Below, piece after piece: positions 56,272 through 64,000 of a stretch of 64,000 bases of DNA (its first letter is position 1; every line of letters begins with the position of its first letter). The DNA lies in NCBI GenBank assembly GCA_031431035.1, contig JANPCR010000182.1, positions 7,675 through 71,674 of the forward strand. The letters run 5' to 3'. Origin of the DNA: Rhodoferax sp. (GTDB taxonomy: Bacteria > Pseudomonadota > Gammaproteobacteria > Burkholderiales > Burkholderiaceae_C). Under the pieces are notes generated by a model that made no database searches, was not told where the DNA came from, and worked only from the letters and a program-made list of their open reading frames with translations. The translations under genes were made by a program, and so were the position numbers.

Positions 56272-59200
56272 CTACATATTCCTTCTGTATTGCCCACCCA
56301 CCTCAAACAATGCGTTCGTGATCTGCCCCAGTGAGCAGACGCGAACCGCCTCCATCAGCACTTCAAACACGTTGATGTTGTCGATCACGGCTTTTTGAAG
56401 GCGTTTTAACATGGCGGGTGACGCCATGGCATGCAGGGTGTGAAAGTCGGTCAACCGCTTCAATTGACTCTGCTTTTCCTCGTCGGTAGAGCGTGCCAAT
56501 TCCAGTTTGTCCATTACCGCATCACCGTGCGGGTTGCGGAAAGTGTTGACACCGATGATGGGCAGTTCACCCGTGTGCTTGAGCATTTCGTAATGCATGG
56601 ATTCATCTTGAATTCGCCCGCGCTGGTAGCCGGTTTCCATGGCGCCCAACACGCCACCCCGTTCGGCAATGCGTTCGAACTCCAGCAGCACGGCTTCTTC
56701 GACCAGCTCGGTCAATTCTTCGATGATGAACGCGCCCTGGCTCGGGTTTTCGTTTTTAGCCAAACCCCATTCACGGTTGATGATGAGCTGGATGGCCATG
56801 GCACGGCGCACTGAGTCTTCGGTGGGCGTGGTGATGGCTTCGTCAAACGCATTGGTGTGCAGGCTGTTGCAGTTGTCGTAAATGGCAATCAGGGCCTGCA
56901 AGGTGGTGCGAATGTCGTTGAACTGAATCTCTTGCGCGTGCAAGCTGCGCCCCGAGGTTTGGATGTGGTATTTGAGCTTTTGGCTGCGCTCGTTCGCACC
57001 GTATTTTTCTTTCATGGCGACCGCCCAAATCCGCCGCGCAACGCGGCCCATGACGGTATATTCCGGGTCCATGCCGTTACTGAAAAAGAAGCTCAAGTTG
57101 GGCGCAAAGTCGTCAATGTGCATGCCACGTGCCAGATACGCTTCGACAAAGGTCAAACCATTGCTTAAAGTGAACGCAAGCTGGCTGATGGGGTTGGCCC
57201 CCGCCTCGGCAATGTGGTAGCCGCTGATGCTGACACTGTAAAAATTGCGCACCCGGTTGTGCACAAAAAATTCTGCAATGTCGCCCATGACCTTGAGTGA
57301 AAACTCGGTACTGAAAATGCAGGTATTTTGCCCCTGGTCCTCTTTCAATATGTCTGCCTGAACCGTCCCTCGAACATTTTCCAGCACCCACTCGCGGATT
57401 TTTTCCGTCTCAGTCGCTGTAGGGTCGCGGCCATTGTCGGCTTTGAACTTGTCCAAATTTTGGTCGATGGCGGTGTTCATGAACATGGCCAATATGCTGG
57501 GTGCTGGGCCGTTGATGGTCATGCTAACGCTGGTGCTGGGGCTGCACAAGTCAAACCCGCCATACAGCACTTTCATGTCGTCCAGCGTGGCGATGGACAC
57601 GCCGCTGTTGCCCACTTTGCCGTAAATGTCGGGGCGCAAATCGGGGTCATTGCCGTACAGCGTGACCGAATCAAAAGCCGTGCTCAAACGTTTGGCAGGC
57701 ATGCCGCTGCTGAGAAGTTTAAATCGAGTGTTCGTGCGAAACGCATCGCCTTCGCCAGCAAACATGCGGGTTGGGTCTTCGCCTTCCCGTTTGAAGGCAA
57801 AGGTGCCTGCGGTGTAGGGGTAGCTGCCAGGCACGTTGTCCAGCATGAGCCATTTCAAGATTTCGCCATGGTCTTCAAACTGCGGCAAGGCGACTTTGCG
57901 AATGCTGGTGCCGCTCAAGGATTTCGTGGTTAACGCAGTGCGAATTTCTTTGTCACGGATTTTGACCACATACTCATCGCCCGCATAGGCTTTTTGCATC
58001 TCGGGCCATTGGCTGAGCAATTTGCGCTCTGCCGCACCGAGCTGCGTGTCGCGTTGGGCGGCAATGTCATTCACAGCTTCTACAGCGCGGTGACGCTCGG
58101 GTTTATCGGTTTGCAGCATGACCGCTGTCGCCCGCAATTGCTGAATTTCACGCGCCAAACGCCCCTGCGAACGTGTCCGGGCTTTGTAGCCGCGCACGGT
58201 GTCGCTCACCTCTGCCAAGTAACGGGTGCGCGCAGCCGGAACAACCGGTGACTGGTTGGTGCTGTGACGCACGCCGGACACGGGCAAGGTACCTGCACCA
58301 GCCTGGTCCAGTTTCACGCCCAAGGAGGCCAGCCTGGGTTTAAGCGCCTGGTACAAGGCCGTCACGCCGTCGTCATTGAAACGCGCAGCCATGGTGCCGA
58401 ATACGGGCATTTGATCTGCCGGGGTGGTCCAGGCTTCTTTGTTACGCTGCACCTGTTTGGCAACGTCACGCAAGGCGTCGAGCGAGCCCTTGCGGTCAAA
58501 TTTATTGATCGCGACAAATTCAGCAAAATCCAGCATGTCGATTTTTTCAAGCTGGCTGGCAGCGCCGAACTCGGGCGTCATGACATAAATAGGCACGTCA
58601 ACATGGGGGACGATGGCTGCGTCGCCTTGGCCAATGCCAGAGGTTTCTACCACGATCAAATCAAAGCCCGCAACTTTACAAGCGGCAATCACGTCTGGCA
58701 GCGCCTGGCTAATTTCGGAACCAAAATCGCGTGTGGCCAAACTGCGCATGAACACGCGCGGGCCGTCTCGCCAAGGTCCGATAGCGTTCATGCGAATTCG
58801 GTCGCCCAGCAGCGCGCCACCACTTTTACGGCGCGACGGGTCAATGGAGATAACCGCCACCCGCAAACTGTCGTTTTGATCCAATCGCAAGCGCCGGATC
58901 AGCTCATCGGTCAGCGACGACTTGCCTGCGCCACCCGTTCCGGTAATGCCTATGACCGCAGTTTTTTGAAGCGCCGCCTGCGTTCTAAGGTTCGACACGA
59001 AAGCATCATCCACCTTGGCCCCCTCGATGGCGGTGACCAGCTGGGCCAATGAGCGCCAATTCGCTTCGGAATGGCCCTGAATCGCCTCAATGTCCTTGGG
59101 GGCCAGGGTGGTCAGATCCTTGTCGCAGCGCATCACCATTTCGCCAATCATGCCTTGCAGGCCCATCTTTTGGCCGTCTTCGGGACTGAAAATTCGCGCT

Positions 59201-59574
59201 ACGCCATAGGCTTGAAGTTCACGTATTTCAGGCGGCACGATCACACCGCCGCCGCCCCCGAAAACTTGAATATGCTCGCCGCCCCGGCTTTTGAGTAAAT
59301 CCACCATGTACTTGAAATACTCGACATGCCCGCCTTGGTAGGAACTGATCGCAATGCCCTGCGCGTCTTCCTGCAATGCCGCAGTCACAACTTCGTCCAC
59401 GCTGCGGTTGTGCCCCAGGTGAATCACCTCCGCGCCCATACCCTGCAAAATGCGCCGCATGATATTGATGGCTGCATCGTGCCCGTCAAACAGACTGGCC
59501 GCAGTGACAAAACGCACTTTGTGGGTTGGGCGGTAATTGGCCAGGGCTTGGTAGTCGGCGGACAAGTTGGTCAT
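56272..59574 (-). CDS. icmF: fused isobutyryl-CoA mutase IcmF (B12-binding + MeaB-like G-protein + mutase domains)
   Basis: N-terminal B12-binding [12 protein letters not shown]-domain [10 protein letters not shown], and a large C-terminal methylmalonyl-CoA-mutase-type substrate domain. ATG at 59574 preferred. Confidence 0.9.
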   Translation of the reverse strand: MTNLSADYQALANYRPTHKVRFVTAASLFDGHDAAINIMRRILQGMGAEVIHLGHNRSVDEVVTAALQEDAQGIAISSYQGGHVEYFKYMVDLLKSRGGEHIQVFGGGGGVIVPPEIRELQAYGVARIFSPEDGQKMGLQGMIGEMVMRCDKDLTTLAPKDIEAIQGHSEANWRSLAQLVTAIEGAKVDDAFVSNLRTQAALQKTAVIGITGTGGAGKSSLTDELIRRLRLDQNDSLRVAVISIDPSRRKSGGALLGDRIRMNAIGPWRDGPRVFMRSLATRDFGSEISQALPDVIAACKVAGFDLIVVETSGIGQGDAAIVPHVDVPIYVMTPEFGAASQLEKIDMLDFAEFVAINKFDRKGSLDALRDVAKQVQRNKEAWTTPADQMPVFGTMAARFNDDGVTALYQALKPRLASLGVKLDQAGAGTLPVSGVRHSTNQSPVVPAARTRYLAEVSDTVRGYKARTRSQGRLAREIQQLRATAVMLQTDKPERHRAVEAVNDIAAQRDTQLGAAERKLLSQWPEMQKAYAGDEYVVKIRDKEIRTALTTKSLSGTSIRKVALPQFEDHGEILKWLMLDNVPGSYPYTAGTFAFKREGEDPTRMFAGEGDAFRTNTRFKLLSSGMPAKRLSTAFDSVTLYGNDPDLRPDIYGKVGNSGVSIATLDDMKVLYGGFDLCSPSTSVSMTINGPAPSILAMFMNTAIDQNLDKFKADNGRDPTATETEKIREWVLENVRGTVQADILKEDQGQNTCIFSTEFSLKVMGDIAEFFVHNRVRNFYSVSISGYHIAEAGANPISQLAFTLSNGLTFVEAYLARGMHIDDFAPNLSFFFSNGMDPEYTVMGRVARRIWAVAMKEKYGANERSQKLKYHIQTSGRSLHAQEIQFNDIRTTLQALIAIYDNCNSLHTNAFDEAITTPTEDSVRRAMAIQLIINREWGLAKNENPSQGAFIIEELTELVEEAVLLEFERIAERGGVLGAMETGYQRGRIQDESMHYEMLKHTGELPIIGVNTFRNPHGDAVMDKLELARSTDEEKQSQLKRLTDFHTLHAMASPAMLKRLQKAVIDNINVFEVLMEAVRVCSLGQITNALFEVGGQYRRNM

Positions 59575-59612
59575 GGGATCCAGTCTCCAAAATCGGGCAG
59601 AAAAAGACAACT

Positions 59613-59641
59613 ATTCTGGTTGACGTTTACGTAAACGTCAA
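59613..59641 (-). promoter_or_regulatory. putative icmF promoter overlapped by a perfect 22-bp palindromic operator
   Basis: Minus strand reads TTGACG-17 nt-CAGAAT. The palindrome TTGACGTTTACGTAAACGTCAA (59620-59641) covers the -35 hexamer and the spacer. Confidence 0.55.
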
Positions 59642-59680
59642 TGGCAACGATCATCATAGCCCAAACACCTCACCACCAGA

Positions 59681-60241
59681 TTACGGGCGCACCGGGTAAG
59701 GCACCTTCTCATTGGCACGCAATTGGGCGCTAGTTCGAATCAAAACCACTGCTTGCAAGACGCCCGGCACCGCTAAAACCAGCGTTTGCAGCTGATTGCG
59801 AATGAATGTGTGATCGAAACCGGTCGGAATATCACCCGCAATGCAGCCCTCAATCGTCACGCTACGTCGCTGCACCGTGGCCCAAAGAGACGAATTGACC
59901 AACGGCGAATGGGTGTAAAGCTGCGCGTTGCCAAGTGCGGCTTTAAGTTGATTCGCAATTTTCAGATCGGCGGCCACAACGCGGGCTTGATCGCCCGGAT
60001 CTGCCGGAACAAGCGCTGAGGTACTGCGTTGCGCATGCTGCAAAAATGGCCCGGCAGGGACAGGACAGTCCGTCACGACTGCGGTGAATTGAAAGAATCT
60101 GGCGTCAGCCAAACTCTTCAATTCACCGAAGCCAGTTGTCAGTTTCGTGACCGACGTGTCAGGCGCTGTCGTTTGGGCCCAGCTTGCCACGCTCGTGGCA
60201 ACCATGGCGATGGCAAGGCTGGCAACGAACCCGTTTTTCAA
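59681..60241 (-). CDS. secreted hypothetical protein
   Basis: Signal peptide MKNGFVASLAIAMVATSVASWAQ. TTG start 2 nt after the stop of the reductase gene. Confidence 0.55.
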   Translation of the reverse strand: MKNGFVASLAIAMVATSVASWAQTTAPDTSVTKLTTGFGELKSLADARFFQFTAVVTDCPVPAGPFLQHAQRSTSALVPADPGDQARVVAADLKIANQLKAALGNAQLYTHSPLVNSSLWATVQRRSVTIEGCIAGDIPTGFDHTFIRNQLQTLVLAVPGVLQAVVLIRTSAQLRANEKVPYPVRP

Positions 60242-60243
60242 GA

Positions 60244-62241
60244 TCAGAAATGAATTCCTTGCATCATTGAAGCCATTGCAATCGCCTCGGGCGACAGTGC
60301 TGGTTTTTTGTCGCCCTTGTCGCCTTTGGCCGCTGCACTGTCCGGGAACATGCGAAAGGTGGTGTTCATCATGATTTGCGCGACACGTGGAGCTGCCACG
60401 TGCAACAGGCCGACCGAGGTGCCCAGGCGGGTGGCAATCTCAACCGGCTTGTCCACGCAGGCGCGGATGATCATGTCGGCCGCCTCTTCGGGCATCAACA
60501 ACGGCATGCTGTCGTAAATTTTGGTCGGAGCCGTCATGGGCGTGCGCACTAACGGCATCTTGATGGTGGTGAAGGTCACGCCTTGGTCAGCGTATTCGCA
60601 AGCAGCGCAACTGGTCCAGGCGTCCAGCGCCGCTTTGCTGGCGACGTAAGCGCTAAATCGGGGGGCATTCACTAACACACTGATCGAGCTGATGTTGACA
60701 ATGTGACCCTTGCGTTTGGCCACCATGCCGGGCAGCAAGCCCATGGTGACTCGCAGCGCGCCGAAATAATTGAGTGCCATGGTGCGCTCAAAATCATGAA
60801 AACGGTCGTAGCTGGCTTCGATAGCGCGGCGAATGGAGCGACCCGCATTGTTGATCAGGAAGTCCACGCCGCCGTGATTTTTTTCCATGGTTTTGACGAA
60901 TTCTGAACACTGGGCTTCGTCCACAATGTCCACCGGGTAGGTGAAGACTTTGGCGCCCTTGCCGCCCGCTTCCTCAATGGTCTTTTTGGCTTCAGCCAAC
61001 TGGTCTTCGCCCCGCGCGCAGATCACCACCGTGGCACCGGCTTCAGCAAACCGGCAAGCGGCCGACAAACCGATGCCAGATGAGCCGCCTGTGATCAAAA
61101 CCACTTTACCGCCCACGGTGCCCTTCAGGCTGCGGTCGATAAAAAGCGCTGGGTCAAGGTGGCGCTCCCAGTAGTCCCACAACAGCCAGGCGTAGTCTTT
61201 GAGGTTCGGGCACTCGATGCCGCTGCCCTTCAAGGCTGCGTCCAGGTCGCGCCGGTCGTAGCGGGTGGGCCAGTTGACGAACTCAAAAATGTCCTCGGGC
61301 AAGCCCAGGTCTTTCATGACGGCATTGCGCACACGGCGAACGGGTGCCAGCGCCATCATGCCTTTTTTCACGCTTTTAGGAACAAAGCCCAGCAGCGCCG
61401 CGTTGATGAACAGGTTCATCTTGGGCGCATGCGCCGCCTTGCTGAAAATATCAAGCACGTCGCCGACCCTGTAACCCACCGGGTCGACCAGGTGGAATGC
61501 CTTGCCTTTGATGTCTTTGCCGTGGCTCACGTGGTCGATGCAATTGACAACAAAGTCAACCGGCACAATGTTGATGCGACCGCCTTCAATGCCAATGCTC
61601 GGCATCCACGGCGGCAAAATTTGGCGCATACGCTGGATGAGCTTGAAGAAGTAATACGGGCCATCGACCTTGTCCATCTCGCCCGTGGCGCTGTCGCCGA
61701 CCACAAACGCCGGGCGATAGACCGTCCAAGCGCCTTTGTACTCCTTGCGCACGATTTTTTCGCTCTCGTGCTTGGTCATGAAGTATGGGTGGTCGTAGTT
61801 TTCGGCCTCGTCAAACATGTCCTCGCGAAACACGCCTTCGTACAGACCAGCAGCTGCTATGGACGACACATGGTGAAAGTGCCCTGTATCAATGGCCTTG
61901 GCAAATTCGACTGTGTTGCGAGTGCCATCCACGTTGACGGCCATTTGGCTGGCTTCGTCGGCGCTCAGGTCATAGACCGCAGCCAAATGGTAAAAATGAT
62001 CGATTTTGCTTTTCAGCGTTTTGATGTTGTCTGCCGACACACCCAGCTTTTTGCTGGTCAGGTCGCCAAAAACCGGCACAGCGCGCGCGGCAGTCACGCC
62101 CCAGTATTCGCGCAATGCGGCAACTTTGCCTTCACTTTCCTGCCGAATCAGGAAATGCACGACCGAGCCCTTGCGCTCCAGCAACTTCTTGACGAGGCGT
62201 TTGCCAATGAAACCAGTTGCCCCGGTAACGAAATATTGCAT
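60244..62241 (-). CDS. two-domain fatty acyl-CoA/aldehyde reductase (thioester-reductase/male-sterility domain + SDR domain)
   Basis: N-terminal VTGATGFIGKRL with a downstream NAD_binding_4-like region. C-terminal second Rossmann ITGGSSGIGLS with YVASK. ATG at 62241 with a GGGAG RBS. Confidence 0.82.
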   Translation of the reverse strand: MQYFVTGATGFIGKRLVKKLLERKGSVVHFLIRQESEGKVAALREYWGVTAARAVPVFGDLTSKKLGVSADNIKTLKSKIDHFYHLAAVYDLSADEASQMAVNVDGTRNTVEFAKAIDTGHFHHVSSIAAAGLYEGVFREDMFDEAENYDHPYFMTKHESEKIVRKEYKGAWTVYRPAFVVGDSATGEMDKVDGPYYFFKLIQRMRQILPPWMPSIGIEGGRINIVPVDFVVNCIDHVSHGKDIKGKAFHLVDPVGYRVGDVLDIFSKAAHAPKMNLFINAALLGFVPKSVKKGMMALAPVRRVRNAVMKDLGLPEDIFEFVNWPTRYDRRDLDAALKGSGIECPNLKDYAWLLWDYWERHLDPALFIDRSLKGTVGGKVVLITGGSSGIGLSAACRFAEAGATVVICARGEDQLAEAKKTIEEAGGKGAKVFTYPVDIVDEAQCSEFVKTMEKNHGGVDFLINNAGRSIRRAIEASYDRFHDFERTMALNYFGALRVTMGLLPGMVAKRKGHIVNISSISVLVNAPRFSAYVASKAALDAWTSCAACEYADQGVTFTTIKMPLVRTPMTAPTKIYDSMPLLMPEEAADMIIRACVDKPVEIATRLGTSVGLLHVAAPRVAQIMMNTTFRMFPDSAAAKGDKGDKKPALSPEAIAMASMMQGIHF

Positions 62242-62474
62242 CAAAAACTCCCAATTTGAACGGTAAAAAAGACAATTCTGCCAACACAACTCGCGGCCCC
62301 GATAGAGAAGAAACCCGTGCCCAAATCGAATCTGCTTGAATTTTTTCAATTTTGTGCAAATTAGAATCCTCTGCCTACACACGAAGGCTGGCCCAGCGTA
62401 AAGTGTTTAGCAGGTCGCTTTTGGCACGAAGCGGTCACCCAAACCCACTATCGATCACTATTCTGGAGACAACC

Positions 62475-63023
62475 ATGGTCAAAAAAATGCAAAAGCCTAG
62501 CACCGAGCAAACCACGGGAACCACCAGCAAATCGGGTCTGCATTTGCCAGGCTCTGTCAAAGACTCTGCCCAGCAGATTTGGCAAGCTGGCCTCGGTGCG
62601 TTTGCCAAGGCGCAGGCTGAAGGCTCCAAGGCGTTGGAATCACTGGTCAAAGAAGGCACCAGCATGCAGCGCAAAACGCAGGCGGCCGCTGAAGAAAAAA
62701 TCACCGAAGCCACCAGCCGCATGACGGCCATGGCAGGTGACATCACCAACAAGGCGTCAGGCCAATGGGACAAACTGGAGAACATCTTTGAAGAGAGGGT
62801 TGCCAAGGCGCTCAACAAGCTTGGCGTTCCGTCTGCCAAAGATGTCAACGCCTTGATCGCGCGAATCGATGAACTCAATCGCAACGTGCAAGCATTGAGC
62901 GCCAAAGCCAACAAGGCCCCGGTGGCCGCCAAAACCAAAGCGGCTCCGGCGAAATCGGCGGCTGCCAAAACCGTGGCTGCCAAGGTGCCCGCCAAACGTG
63001 CCACAGCGCGCAAAAGCAGCTGA
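62475..63023 (+). CDS. phasin family protein (PHA-granule associated) with histone-H1-like AKP tail
   Basis: N-terminal phasin-type helices (QIWQAGLGAFAKAQAEGSKALESLVKEG). C-terminal AKANKAPVAAKTKAAPAKSAAAKTVAAKVPAKR. GGAGA RBS. Confidence 0.8.
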   Translation: MVKKMQKPSTEQTTGTTSKSGLHLPGSVKDSAQQIWQAGLGAFAKAQAEGSKALESLVKEGTSMQRKTQAAAEEKITEATSRMTAMAGDITNKASGQWDKLENIFEERVAKALNKLGVPSAKDVNALIARIDELNRNVQALSAKANKAPVAAKTKAAPAKSAAAKTVAAKVPAKRATARKSS

Positions 63024-63284
63024 TTGACCCCCGGCTTGCAACCAACGCGCTTGCGTTGACTCAAGACCAGGCGATTCAGGTCGACCGATTTAGGTTGGGT
63101 CGATTGAGGCTCAGGGGTGGAACCCGAGCCCAACCAGTGCGCCGCAGCGCCCTTCTTCTTTCTCACCCTTGCTTTTTGCGAGTTCGAAAGATTGAGCCTG
63201 CGACGTATTCTCACGCCATTTCGCCTCTGCTTCTATGCTGCGTCGCAGCATTTATTTAACCCTGTCCCCTCTACACTTTGACCC

Positions 63285-64000
63285 ATGACGAGAAAATCAG
63301 AAGGCTCTCCCAAAATCGCCCTCGCCTTGGCCGGTGGCGGCCCATTGGGCGCAATTTACGAAATAGGTGCCTTGTGTGCGCTCGAGGAGTCCTTGATCGG
63401 CTTGAACCTGACCGAGCTAGACCACTACATTGGTGTGTCCGCCGGGGGCTTTATTGCCGCTGGCTTGGCCAACGGCATCAAGCCGCGCGAGCTGTGTGCA
63501 TCGTTCATTCGAAACAGTGCGACAACGTTGCGTTCAGGCGAGGAATTGTCAGCCGACCACTTTGACCCCTCCTGGCTGATGGCCCCCGCTTACAACGAAT
63601 TTGCGCGGCGCTCCATCATGCTGCCAGGGCTGTTGCTGTCTGCGCTTTGGCGATTGACCTTGGGTGGCAAGTCAATCACCCATGTTCTTGAGCGCTTGGG
63701 TTCTGGTTTGCCCACTGGCGTGTTTTCCAGCGACCCAATTGATGTGCAATTGACGCGAATGTTTTCTGCCCCCGGGCGCACCAATGATTTTCGCGAACTG
63801 AAGACCAAGCTAACCTTGGTGGCCACCAACCTAGACAGCACAGAATCGGCCTTGTTTGGCCGGCCTGGCTGGGACCATGTGCCAATATCTCAAGCCGTTC
63901 AGGCCAGCGCCGCCCTGCCTGGCCTGTACCCGCCAGTTGAAATTGACGACCAGTATTTTGTAGATGGTGCGCTGAAAAAAACCATGCATGCCTCTGTCGC
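63285..64000 (+). CDS. patatin-like phospholipase (partial, runs off the window end)
   Basis: My own translation from ATG 63285: LAGGGPLGAIYEIG (oxyanion GGGxxG), GVSAG (GxSxG) and VDGAL (DG). Open to position 64000. Absent from the ORF track because there is no stop. Confidence 0.8.
   Translation, partial: MTRKSEGSPKIALALAGGGPLGAIYEIGALCALEESLIGLNLTELDHYIGVSAGGFIAAGLANGIKPRELCASFIRNSATTLRSGEELSADHFDPSWLMAPAYNEFARRSIMLPGLLLSALWRLTLGGKSITHVLERLGSGLPTGVFSSDPIDVQLTRMFSAPGRTNDFRELKTKLTLVATNLDSTESALFGRPGWDHVPISQAVQASAALPGLYPPVEIDDQYFVDGALKKTMHASV

Noticed and set aside
56022-56306. 94-aa minus-strand ORF between the unknown gene and icmF
   Set aside because: It overlaps the 3' end of icmF, lacks an RBS, and its product is low-complexity. 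The plus-strand 55-aa ORF with a GGAG RBS is a better, though still tentative, explanation of this gap.
1-64000. Search for defence systems, toxin-antitoxin pairs, prophage or integrative-element genes, and tRNA/rRNA genes
   Set aside because: No integrase, transposase, restriction/modification, reverse transcriptase, Cas, TIR/SIR2-like or phage structural genes were recognisable in any frame. None of the intergenic regions shows a tRNA cloverleaf or rRNA-like sequence by eye. A tRNAscan/Infernal run would be needed to be definitive.

Overview
GC-rich proteobacterial chromosome, most likely a Burkholderiales/Comamonadaceae-like betaproteobacterium; that placement is inferred from gene order and protein sequences only. 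The window is densely packed with about 55 protein genes. I saw no rRNA, tRNA, CRISPR array, transposase, prophage or recognisable defence genes. The content is mostly core metabolism. From left to right: (1) the conserved mltG-tmk-holB-pilZ-ycfH block; (2) redox-repair and housekeeping genes (ygfZ, msrA, msrB, trhO, tex, bolA, yciB, slyX, dbpA, selO); (3) a large minus-strand fatty-acid beta-oxidation block with acyl-CoA dehydrogenase, thiolase, a FadB-like fusion, acyl-CoA ligase and a Liv-type ABC importer; (4) a neutral-lipid locus with WS/DGAT, a two-domain fatty acyl-CoA reductase, IcmF, a phasin and a patatin. The most unusual feature is non-coding. An AT-rich modular repeat of about 115-140 bp occurs six times across 41 kb. 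Each copy has a hairpin plus T-run followed by three boxes at invariant spacing. One copy is inserted in frame inside a patatin gene, and another supplies the C-terminus and stop codon of a GST gene. I cannot assign it to any named repeat family. A second family is GC-rich: two nested inverted-repeat elements, one at 8.3-8.5 kb and one at 16.0-16.2 kb. Smaller observations: a disrupted P-loop kinase; a FeeM/LuxI-like N-acyltransferase next to a 7TMR-DISM GGDEF-EAL sensor; histone-H1-like AKP tails on both WS/DGAT and the phasin; a perfect 22-bp palindrome over the icmF promoter; and several short tandem repeats that abut or lie within start regions. All calls come from reading the sequence and the ORF track. 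No database search was run.
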